A DNA stretch of 64,000 bases from a bacterium (GCA_965218795.1 OZ244653.1:1184001-1248000), one strand, 5' to 3'. Shown: positions 49,216 through 60,295, counted from the stretch's first letter. Translations and numbers: made by a program. Notes: generated by a model from the sequence alone, not told the origin.

Positions 49216-50505
49216 ATGACGGACCGAGAAGTCATCCATTGTCCCGATGTACCGACTCCGATTGTCGGCTCACACGCGGTGAGAGCGGGCGACTTTTTGT
49301 TTCTGGGGGGACAAATTCCCTCTGATTATCAGACCGGTCTGGCCCTCGAGGCGAGGGGCGGCCGGGGAGCAATGGAGCCGGTCGTCGCTTCGAAACTTCA
49401 ATCCGGTTACATTCTTCAGCACGCAGAAAAAATATTGCGCGCAGCGGGTTCTTCGTTGGAACGCGGGGTTCGGATCGATCAGTTCTGCACCCATCCGGAC
49501 GCCGCATCTCCTTACCTGGAAGTCCGGACTCGTCACGTGGATCCGCAGACCCGGCCATCGAGCACCCACGTTCAAATTGAATCCCTGCTGGTCCCCGATG
49601 CGCTCTGCGGGCTCCAGTTGATCGCATTGACGGAGGCGAGCGGGGCGAAGAAGGAAATGGTCGTCGTGCCGGACCTGAGCACGTCCCCCGGGCCTCCCTT
49701 CAAGCCAAGTCCGCAGGCGCTGACAGCCGGAGATTTCGTTTTTGTGACCGGTCAGGTGGCCAGCGATTTTGACTCCGGGCTCGCGGCCGAAGCCCGGACG
49801 AACCCCGATTTCTGGTATGGTTCATCCATCAAGCTGCAGACCGATTACATCATGAAACGCTGCGAGATCATCCTCGAGGCTTCGGGCAGCTCTCTGCAAA
49901 ACGTCGTTCGGGCCGATATTTATCTGACGGAAATGAAGGACTTCTATGAGTTCGAGGAGGTCTGGAAGCGCTACTTCCCCGAGGAGCCACCGGCCCGGAC
50001 CTTCATTCCGGTCAAGCGTCTCGGACCTCGCGACTGCATCGTGGAAATCAACATGATCGCCCTGAAACAACGAAGCCCTTTGAAAAAGAAGACGATCTCG
50101 GCCGCTGGCGTTCCGCATCCCGATGTTCACCACCCTCATGCAGTCCAGGCCGGTGATTTTGTGTTTATTTCCGGTATGTGCGCCACGGATTTTGCGAACG
50201 GCCTGGCGCCCGAAGCCGGTGTCAATCCCGCTCTCCCATGGTTCAGCTCTTCCGCGAAAAAGCAGACAGAATACATTCTGAAAAATGTCGATGGCGTTTG
50301 CCGTGCGGCGGGGAGCAGCCTGGAGAACGTGGTCTGGATGCAAAACCTTTATACGGTCCCCAACGAGTTTTTCCCTGCATCGGAGGTGTTTCGCGCTCAC
50401 TTCCCGAACCACCCGCCTGCTCTCCTGGCCGTCCAGGTTCAACCCCCGCATCTAGTCAAGAGCTGCACCATCCTGTTCGATGCCGTGGCGGTTGTAACCG
50501 ATTGA
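49216..50505 (+). CDS. Protein with three tandem RidA/YjgF (Rid) domains
   Basis: Three repeats of AGDF.F..G, Q..YI, A.GSSL.....; PPART only in the middle domain. Confidence 0.9.
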   Translation: MTDREVIHCPDVPTPIVGSHAVRAGDFLFLGGQIPSDYQTGLALEARGGRGAMEPVVASKLQSGYILQHAEKILRAAGSSLERGVRIDQFCTHPDAASPYLEVRTRHVDPQTRPSSTHVQIESLLVPDALCGLQLIALTEASGAKKEMVVVPDLSTSPGPPFKPSPQALTAGDFVFVTGQVASDFDSGLAAEARTNPDFWYGSSIKLQTDYIMKRCEIILEASGSSLQNVVRADIYLTEMKDFYEFEEVWKRYFPEEPPARTFIPVKRLGPRDCIVEINMIALKQRSPLKKKTISAAGVPHPDVHHPHAVQAGDFVFISGMCATDFANGLAPEAGVNPALPWFSSSAKKQTEYILKNVDGVCRAAGSSLENVVWMQNLYTVPNEFFPASEVFRAHFPNHPPALLAVQVQPPHLVKSCTILFDAVAVVTD

Positions 50506-50658
50506 ATGGCGGCAATGCGAAGCCGCTCGCTCCTCTCCTACCGCTCATTGCAATTCCGAATTGGGGAGTGGAATTTCCACCGGTTCCGGGATTTGATCAG
50601 CGCCGTCTCATCAAATCGGAGTTTAGAGCGTCTATTGGGCAGCATTCGAGAGTGACCC

Positions 50659-50697
50659 AAAATAGAAGGGGGCCAAGTTTCCCTGGCCCCCTTCTAT
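50659..50697 (-). terminator. Rho-independent terminator downstream of tRNA-Pro
   Basis: ATAGAAGGGGGCCA/TGGCCCCCTTCTAT stem followed by TTTT on the minus strand. Confidence 0.8.
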
Positions 50698-50700
50698 CAA

Positions 50701-50777
<77 letters not shown>

Positions 50778-51079
50778 AACATCTTATCTCTCGAAGATGC
50801 ACGAAATTTTCAGGAAATCTTCTCACTAGTATCTTTAATCTCAGACAGGATACCTGTCAAGCACTCACCCCTCGGCGCTCTATTGCGTCCAACTTCATTG
50901 ATGTGACACAATCTACGATGCTCTGGAGGTGTTTCTCCTGTCGATCGCCGGATTCACATCGATTCCTGAATTCCGTTGCCTGTGGCTGCCCAAAACTCCA
51001 TCCCATTGCCTGCAAAGGTCGTTCGCATCGCTGTATCCCTGGACCCATCCCATCCGGTCGGGGATGGAGGTCAGGGCCA

Positions 51080-53032
51080 GTGAAGGTGCTTTTCCTCGTC
51101 CCGTACCCCACAGATGGGGCCAGCAATCGGCTGCGAATCGAGCAGTACCTTCCCTACCTGGAAGAACATGCCGTCCATGGGCATGTCCATGCGTTCATGT
51201 CGAGACGGCTGTATTCAATCTTCTACGGTGAAGGCCGCCGCCTGGAAAAATTCATCCACCTCGGCGTATCACTCGTCAGGCGCATATTTGTCCTTCTCAG
51301 AGCCAATCGCTATGACGTCATCGTCATTCATCGAAGGGTTCTGCCATTCTGGAACTCCTTTGCAAGATTTCTGTTTCGACGAATCCGGCGGCCTATCGTC
51401 TATGATTTTGACGATGCTGTCTTCCTGTCAGACACGCGAGGCGGTGTTTTGGGCCGCGTCGCCTCCTGGTTGGGGCAGCCCAAACAGGTCACTGAAATCC
51501 TGAAAGCCAGCACGGTTGTCATTGCGGGCAACGAAGCGCTCCGGAATTATGCCCTCCAATTCCACTCGGATGTCCGCGTCTTGCCGACGCCGGTGAATGA
51601 CGATCTGTTTCAGCCGCAACCAAAGGAAAAGAATCGCGGGCGGCTCGTCATCGGCTGGATTGGCAGTCATACCACCGCCCCCTATCTTCATCAATTGGAT
51701 CAGGCATTCGAATCTCTCCTCAAACGTTTCCCGGAATTGAAAATTCATGTGGTCGGCGGCCGTTATGAATTAATCGGGGACGACGCGCGAATTCTGAATA
51801 TTCCTTGGAAATTGGATTCGGAACAGCAAGTCTTGAGCCATTTTGACATCGGTGTCATGCCGCTCAAGGACGACCTATGGGAACGGTACAAGTGCGGGTT
51901 CAAGGCCCTTCTCTATATGAGCATGGGGATTCCGGTTGTATGTTCGCCCGTGGGCGCCAACAACCAGATTGTTTGTGATGGCGTCAATGGGTTCTTCGCA
52001 AGGACGACGGAGGAGTGGGTGGAGCGCATGGTGGGCCTGCTCGAAGACGAGAGGCTTCGCAGGAGGATGGGGGGCGAGGGCCGCAGGACGGTTGAGAAAC
52101 ACTACTCCGTTCGTAGAAATGCCCCCGAGTTTCTGGGAATTCTCGATGAGGCTGCCGCTGCCCATCGAATGGAAGCCCGGCGCTTCCACCAACTCCAGAG
52201 GATGACCCAAAAGAGTTTTGATTTTCAGTGGACGCAGTTTCCAGACATGGTCCCGGCCAATGAGGATCATTTTTTGAACTATATCCATCCCATACGACCG
52301 GAATTCTTTCAGGGAAAGCTGGTACTCGACGCGGCTTGCGGGTTTGGGCGTCACGTCTATTATGCGTCCACCTACGACGCCGGCCACATTGTCGGAATGG
52401 ATTTCAGCAACGCCATTTTCTCGGCCCGGGAAGTGAATGAAGGACAGTCCAACGTCTCTCTGGTCAAGGGGGATATCTACAAGCTGCCATTCAGGAAAGA
52501 CTCCTTCGACTGCATTTACAGTTTAGGCGCCCTGCATCATCTGCCGGATCCCGAAGGTGGATTCCATGGGCTTATGCAATACGTCAAGCCTGGCGGGATT
52601 GTCGCGATCTGGGTATACAGCAAGAAGCGTCGATGGTTGAACTATATACTTGAGGGAGTGCGTTTTGTTACGAGGAACATTCCTTTCGCCACACTCAAGA
52701 AAATTTGCTTCTTTTGCGCTTGCGTGGATTACTTCTGCTTCGTTTTTCCCTATAAGCTTTTGCGCCGAATTCCCCTGATCGAGAAAAAGATGCTTCCTCG
52801 AATCAAACTCTACGCAAAGTTTCCGTTCTGGGTGAACTATGCTGACTGGTTTGATCGTCTCTCCGCCCCGGTCCGCTACTACTTCAATTCGGAAGACATG
52901 AAAGACTGGGGACGAAGGGCGGGTCTCGTCAACGTGATTGTCTCTGCAACGGGGCGGTACGGTTGGAGACTCTACGGAGAACGCCCGCCTGTGGGGGCTC
53001 GCGAACCGGCTGAAACGGTGGTTTCTACTTGA
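51080..53032 (+). CDS. GT4 glycosyltransferase fused to a class I SAM-dependent methyltransferase
   Basis: N-part: YDFDDA, IGWIGS, DIGVMPL, KCGFKALLYM, GIPVVCSPVG. C-part: SFDFQW, VLDAACGFGR, YSLGALHH, AIWVY, DWFDRL. GTG start at 51080 behind GGAGG. Confidence 0.87.
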   Translation: MKVLFLVPYPTDGASNRLRIEQYLPYLEEHAVHGHVHAFMSRRLYSIFYGEGRRLEKFIHLGVSLVRRIFVLLRANRYDVIVIHRRVLPFWNSFARFLFRRIRRPIVYDFDDAVFLSDTRGGVLGRVASWLGQPKQVTEILKASTVVIAGNEALRNYALQFHSDVRVLPTPVNDDLFQPQPKEKNRGRLVIGWIGSHTTAPYLHQLDQAFESLLKRFPELKIHVVGGRYELIGDDARILNIPWKLDSEQQVLSHFDIGVMPLKDDLWERYKCGFKALLYMSMGIPVVCSPVGANNQIVCDGVNGFFARTTEEWVERMVGLLEDERLRRRMGGEGRRTVEKHYSVRRNAPEFLGILDEAAAAHRMEARRFHQLQRMTQKSFDFQWTQFPDMVPANEDHFLNYIHPIRPEFFQGKLVLDAACGFGRHVYYASTYDAGHIVGMDFSNAIFSAREVNEGQSNVSLVKGDIYKLPFRKDSFDCIYSLGALHHLPDPEGGFHGLMQYVKPGGIVAIWVYSKKRRWLNYILEGVRFVTRNIPFATLKKICFFCACVDYFCFVFPYKLLRRIPLIEKKMLPRIKLYAKFPFWVNYADWFDRLSAPVRYYFNSEDMKDWGRRAGLVNVIVSATGRYGWRLYGERPPVGAREPAETVVST

Positions 53033-53187
53033 GACCGGACTCTCCGCAATCTCTTTTTCCGGGTTTCGTCCCGAATCTCCCGATCCCATACGGATCTCCT
53101 CGGTCAAACGAACTCACCTGCTCAGGGATTCGGCTCCCTATGGCTGTCAATCGGATACCGGCCATAACACCGGAATCCGACAAAAAA

Positions 53188-53596
53188 TGAGAAGCGGAAC
53201 GCCGTTCCCAACAGCCTCCAATGGCATCTCCTTATCCCTATCCCTGGTCGTGCCTTTGTTCAATGGAGAACAGAACATCAGGAAGGTGATGGTACCGATT
53301 CTGCGTGTCGTGGATGCCTTCGTTCAATCGTACGAATGCTCCTCGTCGATAACGGCTCTCAGAACAGCACGCGTCAGGCGCTCGAAGCCCTGCAAAAAGA
53401 ATTTCCGAAAGTCGTGATGGTTCCCATCGATGTCAACCAAGGGTACGGCGGAGGAATCCTTCAGGGGCTTGAAGTCGCCAGAGGGGATTTCCTCGGATAC
53501 CTTACGGGGGACAATCTGTTCCTGGCCCTCGACATCATCGCGGCCCAAGGCTTTCCCAAGAACCCTGAAAGCGTTTGCGGAGAGTCCTTCAACTGA
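53188..53596 (+). pseudogene. GT2 glycosyltransferase remnant
   Basis: LSLVVPLFNGEQNI, then frameshifted LLVDNGSQNST...NQGYGGGILQGLEVARGD; truncated. Confidence 0.8.
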
Positions 53597-53629
53597 GCTC
53601 TGAGGACCCAAGTCCGCCCACGAGGTTGT

Positions 53630-53800
53630 GCAAAGCCTCGTCGAGAAGATTGCTCGCCCGGAACTTCAGCCGGATATCCGCGGCACGACCCAAAACGAAA
53701 TTCCGAGCCAGACCCTCGACGCTACAAAGGCGCGTGCACAATTGGGATGGTCACCTAAATTCAATTTCGATGATTCTCTGACCCGCACCGTTGAGGGGAT
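53630..53800 (+). pseudogene. NAD-dependent sugar epimerase/dehydratase C-terminal remnant
   Basis: NEIPSQTLDATKARAQLGWSPKFNFDDSLTRTVE. Confidence 0.7.
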
Positions 53801-54230
53801 ATGGGAGGCGACACCTCGAAGCCGATGGTCTACATTGACGCTCAGCCCGTCCTCTGGCACATCATGATGAGCTTTGCGCACCAGAAGTGGCAGGACTTCA
53901 TCATCTACCTCGGGTACCAAGAGCGCGTCATCAAGGACTACTTTCGAAACCCTCATTTTCAATCGCGAGATTGAGTCCTGGACTATTCCGCGGAGTCCGG
54001 AGACTTTCGAACCCCGGGAGGGGAAGAAGAACCTCTCCGGCGGGTGATATTGGCGGAAACAGGCACTCGAATCCATGACCGAGCAGAGCCAAAGCTGTTG
54101 AAAGTACGTTTAAACCCCCTGGTTTTTCCTGCCTATCTCGACGGGCTCTCGGATGTCAATCTCCAAGCGTTGATTCAATATCACAAGCTGACCGCAGTGC
54201 ATGGACACGGCACAGGATGTGAAGTATCTT
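53801..54230 (+). pseudogene. rfbF: Glucose-1-phosphate cytidylyltransferase-like remnant
   Basis: KPMVYIDAQPVLWHIMMSFAHQKWQDFIIYLGYQERVIKDYF...ETGTRI...YLDGLSDVNLQALIQYH, spread across frames. Confidence 0.75.
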
Positions 54231-54277
54231 GAGACACTTTGTGCTCAGGGCGAACGCCCCTGGTTTGACTGAAAACC

Positions 54278-54630
54278 GTGGGATTGCTCATCACCGGAGG
54301 CCCTAGCTTCATCGGAAGGAGGCTGATCGGAGATGGATCGCACCCAGGTCCCTCCGTTTTGGTTTCCAGGCGGAAGCAGAACCCCTTCGGGTGTCTTCCA
54401 AACGTTCGGTTTGCCCATTGCGATCTCCGGGATATCCGGATGGTCCGGAAAGTATTTCGTAGATACCCCATCGAAATCGTCGTCCACTTTGCAAGCGCGG
54501 GCGTGACCCAAATAGAACCGGAAGAAATTTGGGTAACCAATAACCTGGGGCCCTCAACATGTTGGAATCGGCAGTTGACGCGGGCGTTCACCGGTTCATC
54601 CACATCGGTTCTTGCTCTGAATTTCTACAT
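54278..54630 (+). pseudogene. NAD-dependent epimerase N-terminal remnant
   Basis: LLITGGPSFIG...CDLRD...VVHFAS, then frameshifted MLESAVDAGVHRFIHIGSCSE. Confidence 0.7.
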
Positions 54631-55024
54631 GGAAGGGGGAGGGAGACCGGGAATCCGAACCGTTCTGCCCGGCGGTGGTTTCCCGGTTCCCCAAGGACCG
54701 AATTTTGGATGTACCGAAGGAGAACTGTGACCGTCTGGGACATCGTCAGGCTGTTTCGCCGGAAACCCTATACCCTCCCGGGGTTTACGCCTTGATTCGG
54801 AAGCCGCCGGCCCTATGTACCCCTGGATGTAACTTTACCCTCTGGGTCGCCCGGGCCAACGAAGAGAATACTGAGATGGAAAGCCCAAACCTGCCTCTCC
54901 GAGGGTCTGAATATCATGTCCGTGGAACTTCGGAGAGACATAGACCTCAACTCCCTATCCGACTGAGGATGCCTTAGCGGAGACACCCTCAGTCTCTCTG
55001 ATTCGCTCCGCTCGGTCGATCATC

Positions 55025-57442
55025 ATGCGATTCGAAACCACCTACAGATACGGCAGGGCGATCCTTGTCCTTGGACTTCTGACATCCGTCTTTTTCTACG
55101 ATGTTTGGCTCCTCGATCGTGTCTGGTTCGATTCCCCGGGAATCCACCTGTACTTTCCCTGGCGGGTGGACAGTCATTACAGCCTCTTCGACATTCGTAC
55201 GGTCTGGGGTCCACGGGAAGGAATACCCTTTCACCTTTATTTGGTCAAAACCCTTTTCCAGTCATTGTCCTTTCCCCTGTGGAACCCTTACCTGTTGGGA
55301 GGGATGCCTTTCTTCGCCACTGGCCACAAACAGGTTTTGGATCTGACGAACTTGATTTATTTCTTCGTTGGACTCCCCAAGGGCATGGACCTTCAAATCG
55401 CTCTCCAAGTTCTTCTCTCCGGCTTTTTCATGTATGTGCTGGCATACCGCTGGACCCGTGACCAAACGGCCGCCTTGATTGGAGGCGTCGCTTTCGGTTT
55501 CTCATGCCACGTGATCACAAAAACCTTCTGGGCTCCCAATCTGGGTGACGTGATGTGGATCCCGGCGGCTCTGCTTTGTATCGATCTCGCAACGGTGAGC
55601 GGGAAACGAAGATATTTTGTCTTTTACGGTTCGACGCTGGCGTTGATCTTCCTCGGTGGCAGCGATACACACGTTCCCGCCACCCTTCTTTTCCTGACGA
55701 TTTATTTTTTGGTCCGTCTTTTTTCCTTCTGGCGAGTCCGCCGGGAAACCCATTCATCCATCGGCCAAATCCTGATTTTTCTTCTCATTGCCTACGGCGT
55801 GTTTCTGGGGCTTTCCGCAATCCGGCTTTTTCCTTTCGTGGAGAACATCCTTCTTTCCGACCGGACGATGCCCCGCCCTGTTCCCGAATGGGTCGAAAGG
55901 GGAGCCGAGCCGTTTGAAATTCTGAAGGTCACCGTCTACTCGGTTCTGAACCTTTTCGCGCCGGTCAGCAATACAATCCGTTTTCGAGCAGATGTTCGGA
56001 ATTCCTTTTTCCTAGGCGTTTCGGTCATTCTTCTGGTCATTCCCTGTCTAGGACGGGTCGGCCGCGGCCGCGGCGCTTTCTTTCTCTGTATGGCCCTTGT
56101 CGGTTTAGGAATTGCAGGGCTTGCGGACGCGGCCATTTTGGGACTCATCAAAATTCCAGGTCTTTCGAGGCTCGCCTACCTCCTGCAAAGCATTGCTTCG
56201 GCTCCAGACCGGACTGCAGCCTTCTATGTGAGCAGCCTCCCCCTGCTTTGTTCACTTGCCTATGTCGAGCTTCGTAAAGATGCGCAACAAGAGAGGCTAC
56301 GGCGCTGGATGATTTGGGGCGCCGTCATAACCGCAGGTCTCTGTTCCTGGCTGCTCATGAATCAATTCCAGTGGTTTGCGGTTTCGGAAAACCTCTCCAA
56401 ATACTTCGCTGTCGCTCCGCCGCTCTTCGCAGCGCTCATCCTCACTGTGGGATTCGTCTTGAGGCATTGGTCCCGGATATCCCAAAAAACCCTTGGGACC
56501 TTGATCGTCCTGATTCTGTTCGGGGAATTGATGGCCGGCACCCGGGTCATCTTTTCTCCCGGCCCTCGCGAAGAATTCTATCCCGAGATGCCCAGCATCC
56601 ATTTTCTCAAAAAGCAGGAAGGACTGTTTCGCGCGGCGCATCTGACCCGTGGTCCATTTCTCGATTTGTATTCCCCCATCCTGCTGGCCAGCCTTCTTAT
56701 GCCATTCGAGATACAGAGCATGACGGGCTATGAAAACATCCTGCCGCGAAGGCACCACAAACTCTTCAGCGCAATGGCGACACCCGCTGGAGCAAAGAAA
56801 CCCGTGTTCTTTTACAACTACGTTGAATTGACTCCATTAAGTCTCTACAGTCCGATCCTCGACCTCTTCAATGTGCGGTATCTCCTGATCTCCGTCGATT
56901 TTCCCGATCTCGTCCCGGACGATCGGTATCAACTGGTCTACAGCAACGAGATTCGAATTTATGAGAATCGAAAGTCCCTCCCGCGGGCCTTCGTCGTTCA
57001 CGACGCTCAAGTGATTCAGGAGGAATCCCATATCATCCGCAAGATGACTTCGCCCGGGTTTGCGCCCGAGCAACTCGTGATCCTTGAGGATCCGGAAGCG
57101 ACCCAGGGGTTCATACCATCCGAGGCAAGCCGAAGCTCAGCACCCTCACAAGCCCGCATCCTTCGATACGAGCCCGAACGTGTCGTGGTGGATGTCCGGA
57201 TGAACGGGCCAGGGTTCCTGGTCCTGTCTGATTCCAACTTCCCCGGATGGCGGGTGGCCATTGATGGCCGTCCGGACAGAATCTTTACGGCAAATTACCT
57301 CTTTCGAGCGGTCCGGTTGGAGGGCGGGAGACACCGCGTCGAATTCCATTATGCTCCCGGAACGTTTCGATTCGGTCTTTTCATCACGCTCGCAACGTTG
57401 ATTCTTCTATTGGCCTCCCTTTTCATGCCCGACAGGCGGTAG
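55025..57442 (+). CDS. YfhO-family multi-pass membrane protein (GT-C-like)
   Basis: PLWNPY..GGMPF, many TM segments, LFNVRY, YEN...LPRAF and LVLSD..FPGW...IDG...ANYLFRAV...G.HRVEF.Y.P. Confidence 0.9.
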   Translation: MRFETTYRYGRAILVLGLLTSVFFYDVWLLDRVWFDSPGIHLYFPWRVDSHYSLFDIRTVWGPREGIPFHLYLVKTLFQSLSFPLWNPYLLGGMPFFATGHKQVLDLTNLIYFFVGLPKGMDLQIALQVLLSGFFMYVLAYRWTRDQTAALIGGVAFGFSCHVITKTFWAPNLGDVMWIPAALLCIDLATVSGKRRYFVFYGSTLALIFLGGSDTHVPATLLFLTIYFLVRLFSFWRVRRETHSSIGQILIFLLIAYGVFLGLSAIRLFPFVENILLSDRTMPRPVPEWVERGAEPFEILKVTVYSVLNLFAPVSNTIRFRADVRNSFFLGVSVILLVIPCLGRVGRGRGAFFLCMALVGLGIAGLADAAILGLIKIPGLSRLAYLLQSIASAPDRTAAFYVSSLPLLCSLAYVELRKDAQQERLRRWMIWGAVITAGLCSWLLMNQFQWFAVSENLSKYFAVAPPLFAALILTVGFVLRHWSRISQKTLGTLIVLILFGELMAGTRVIFSPGPREEFYPEMPSIHFLKKQEGLFRAAHLTRGPFLDLYSPILLASLLMPFEIQSMTGYENILPRRHHKLFSAMATPAGAKKPVFFYNYVELTPLSLYSPILDLFNVRYLLISVDFPDLVPDDRYQLVYSNEIRIYENRKSLPRAFVVHDAQVIQEESHIIRKMTSPGFAPEQLVILEDPEATQGFIPSEASRSSAPSQARILRYEPERVVVDVRMNGPGFLVLSDSNFPGWRVAIDGRPDRIFTANYLFRAVRLEGGRHRVEFHYAPGTFRFGLFITLATLILLLASLFMPDRR

Positions 57443-57462
57443 ATTCACATGGGGAACAACTC

Positions 57463-58452
57463 TTGCCTGCCCGTCTGAAAACTACGATTGCCGGGTTGAC
57501 TCTAGTGTGTCCCATCTGTCTCCTTCTCTTCGCGAAGGTTGGATGGGGGCAGTCAATACAGCCGGAGGTTCGGGGGCGGGACCGTGCTTTCATGGTCCGA
57601 ATTCCGGCCGGGTTCTTTATCATGGGCCGGGACATTTTCATTCATTACGAATCGTCGACGTCCAGGGGGAAGCCTCTGCCCGCTCTGCCGGCGGGAACCT
57701 TACTGAAACGGAAGAAAGGGGCCCGCTACCGGATTCTCACGAACCTGGATCCCTTCTATATCGACCAGTTCGAAGTGTCGAACGAGCGTTACGAACGCTT
57801 CACCCTCAAGACCGGTCGCGTGCCCTTACCCTTCGCATCCGACCCCCGATTCAATGGCCCCAACCATCCGGCGGTCGGGATGTCCTGGTTCGAAGCCGAA
57901 GCCTACTGTCACTGGGCGGGGAAACGGCTACCCACCGAGGCAGAGTGGGAAAAAGCCGCGCGAGGAACCCGCGGATATAACGCGACGAAAATCCCCGCTC
58001 ACAGTGAGATACCTCTGAAAAGGGCCTGGGCCAATTTCCGACCTTTGATTTCTCTGGGTCTCGAATATTATCATGCCGATGCCAATGCAGACGGATTTCA
58101 ATACACCGCACCGGTTGGAAGCTTCCTACACGAAGGGGGACCTTACGGGGTGTACGACTTGGCTGGAAACGTTTGGGAATGGGTGGCCAACATTTTCCCC
58201 CTTGAATGGGAGACCGAACCGGTCAATCGTATCCATTATTCAAATCGAAAAATGGGGAAACCCGGTGATTTCAGAGGCACGAAGGTTCAACGAGGCGGCT
58301 CCTGGCTGAATCTTCTCGATAAACTGTCCCCCACCTACCGCCGGTGGAGCAACCCAAAATTACGGGGTGATTCTACAGTCGGATTTCGGTGTGTCATGGA
58401 CGACCCAGGGGCCGGGCGAAGACAACCCGTTGGACGTCTCGATGTCGATTGA
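57463..58452 (+). CDS. FGE-sulfatase (SUMF1/EgtB/PvdO)-domain protein
   Basis: FYIDQFEVSN, RLPTEAEWEKAARG, DLAGNVWEW, RGGSW and GFRC; the catalytic Cys pair of true FGE is not evident. Confidence 0.9.
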   Translation: MPARLKTTIAGLTLVCPICLLLFAKVGWGQSIQPEVRGRDRAFMVRIPAGFFIMGRDIFIHYESSTSRGKPLPALPAGTLLKRKKGARYRILTNLDPFYIDQFEVSNERYERFTLKTGRVPLPFASDPRFNGPNHPAVGMSWFEAEAYCHWAGKRLPTEAEWEKAARGTRGYNATKIPAHSEIPLKRAWANFRPLISLGLEYYHADANADGFQYTAPVGSFLHEGGPYGVYDLAGNVWEWVANIFPLEWETEPVNRIHYSNRKMGKPGDFRGTKVQRGGSWLNLLDKLSPTYRRWSNPKLRGDSTVGFRCVMDDPGAGRRQPVGRLDVD

Positions 58453-59058
58453 TGAAATGTCACAAACGGCACCTATACGAAAATGTGCGAAGGAGAGTTT
58501 TTGCAACACCTCCCTCACTCCATAACGAGCGGTCCTTGCTCTCGAAGGGGGAGGAAGAATGGGGATATATCCTGGTCCCCATTGCAATCATTTGCTAAAA
58601 TGAAAGAAATCTTTGGTGCGAGGAGGACACCCTCGTATGATTGAGACGAATACTCAAGATTCTCTACCTTTCTCTAGCCGCCGACCGAAATTGACGCCGG
58701 CCTCCTCTCATTCCTTGTGTACGAGAACTCCAAGATGAGCCAGACCCCTCGCCTTCTTGCGGCTCTATTGTGAGCAAGAGGATTTTCTCCGTCGATGGGT
58801 TTGAATATCAATCTATCTGCCGGAGAAGACACGAAGGCGGCTTCGTCCTGAACGACTCACTCACAAGATTCAGTGGAACTTGGTTGCAGAATGGCCGGAA
58901 TGGTTCAAAGACTGGCGATCTGCGAAGGATGATTCGTTCCGGGACTAACTGCTTGCCAAGCCCGAGACTTCATCCAAAAGGTTGAAGAACTCTAAAATCA
59001 CACGATTATCAGATCTTCTCCGGACACACAGCTCAGCCAAATCGCGTTTCGAACGCCA

Positions 59059-59760
59059 ATGCTGGGGTCCCCTTATCCTCTGAAGGCCATAGCGGGTGCA
59101 CCTGACAGGCCGTTGATCATCGGAGATATCGAGATTCCATGCTATGTGCTGGAAGACGAAACGAGGGTACTGAGCCAAGGGGGATTCCTGAAGGCAATAG
59201 GTCGCTCTCGAACACCAAAGGCAGGAACGGGGGGTGTCGACAACCCCCCATCATTTTTGGCCTCAAATAATCTAAAACCATTTATTTCCAAAGATTTATT
59301 GAGGTCGACCACTCCAATACGATTTCAGGCTGTCACTGGTGGCAGTGTCGCTACTGGATATAGAGCGACACTGCTACCACAGGTCTGTACAGTTTATCTG
59401 GAAGCACGTGACGCTGATGTGCTTCTTCCATCACAGCGTCATATCGCAGAACGCACGGAAATCCTTATCCGTGCACTTGCCACAGTCGGCGTCATCGCCC
59501 TTGAGGATGAAGCGACCGGCGATGAACGCATCAGGGAAGAACGCGCCCTCGCCACGATCCTTGAGAAGTTCATCGCTAAGGAACTGCAACCCTGGACCCG
59601 GACATTCCCGTATGAATTCCATGAGCAGATTTTCCGACTCAAGGGATGACCCGGTCCCGATGGGATGAAAAAGCCTTCCATTATAGGACACTATACAAAT
59701 GATATCGTGTATGCTCGCCTTGCTCCCGGAGTTCTAGATGAGCTTAAACGGCTCACCCTC
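59059..59760 (+). pseudogene. P63C-domain (phage-associated) protein with internal TGA and truncated end
   Basis: IPCYVLEDETRVLS, ALATVGVIAL.DEATG, ELQPW.RTFP, KG-TGA-PGP...IGHYTNDIVYARLAPGVL. Confidence 0.8.
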
Positions 59761-59949
59761 ACCTTTGGCCGGGGAGAAGGCGATCGAAAAATTATCGGCA
59801 ATGAAAGATATCGAAGGCTGACCTGCATCCATGGGATCAGAAGGGACGGCTGTCGTCATGGAAACAGCCCATTTCGAATGTGAATTGGATGGATACGGTC
59901 GAATTCTGCCGTGGCCTGGGGCGCGCCGCGTCTGCCGACATCCAACGAA

Positions 59950-60295
59950 CGGGAAAAGACCGCGCGGAGGGGCAGACGGGCGAGTCTTCCCCTGGGGGAG
60001 CCAATTTGGAAGGGACCGAATGAACTCTCTGGAATCAGGATTGCAATCGGTGGTTCCGGTCGGTAGCTGCCCCCACGGCGCAAGCCCTGATGGGGTTTTG
60101 GATTTGGCTGGCAATGTGTGGAAGTGGGTTGCGGATTGACATGATCCACCGTCTGTTCCGGAGGGACGCAGGAAAGCCGTTCTCGGCGGCTCCTGAGGCT
60201 ACAATAAAACCTTCGCTCGAATGACCTATCTTGCTGCGGTCGAGCCGAAAGCACATCATCCATCGACAGGGTTTCGCTGTGCAAAGGATTATTGA
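59950..60295 (+). pseudogene. Second FGE-sulfatase-domain gene remnant
   Basis: RGADGRVFPWG, SPDGVLDLAGNVWKWVAD-TGA, GGS-TGA and GFRCAKD. Confidence 0.8.

Noticed and set aside
59647-60196. UGA=Trp recoding (three TGA at expected Trp positions: 59647, 60137, 60194)
   Set aside because: The same fragments also use TGG, are otherwise truncated, and many intact genes here end in TGA; G-to-A decay is simpler. No SECIS or Cys context.
57463-60295. Diversity-generating retroelement (FGE/CLec target plus template repeat)
   Set aside because: The two FGE C-termini differ at all base types rather than only at adenines, and no reverse transcriptase is in the window.
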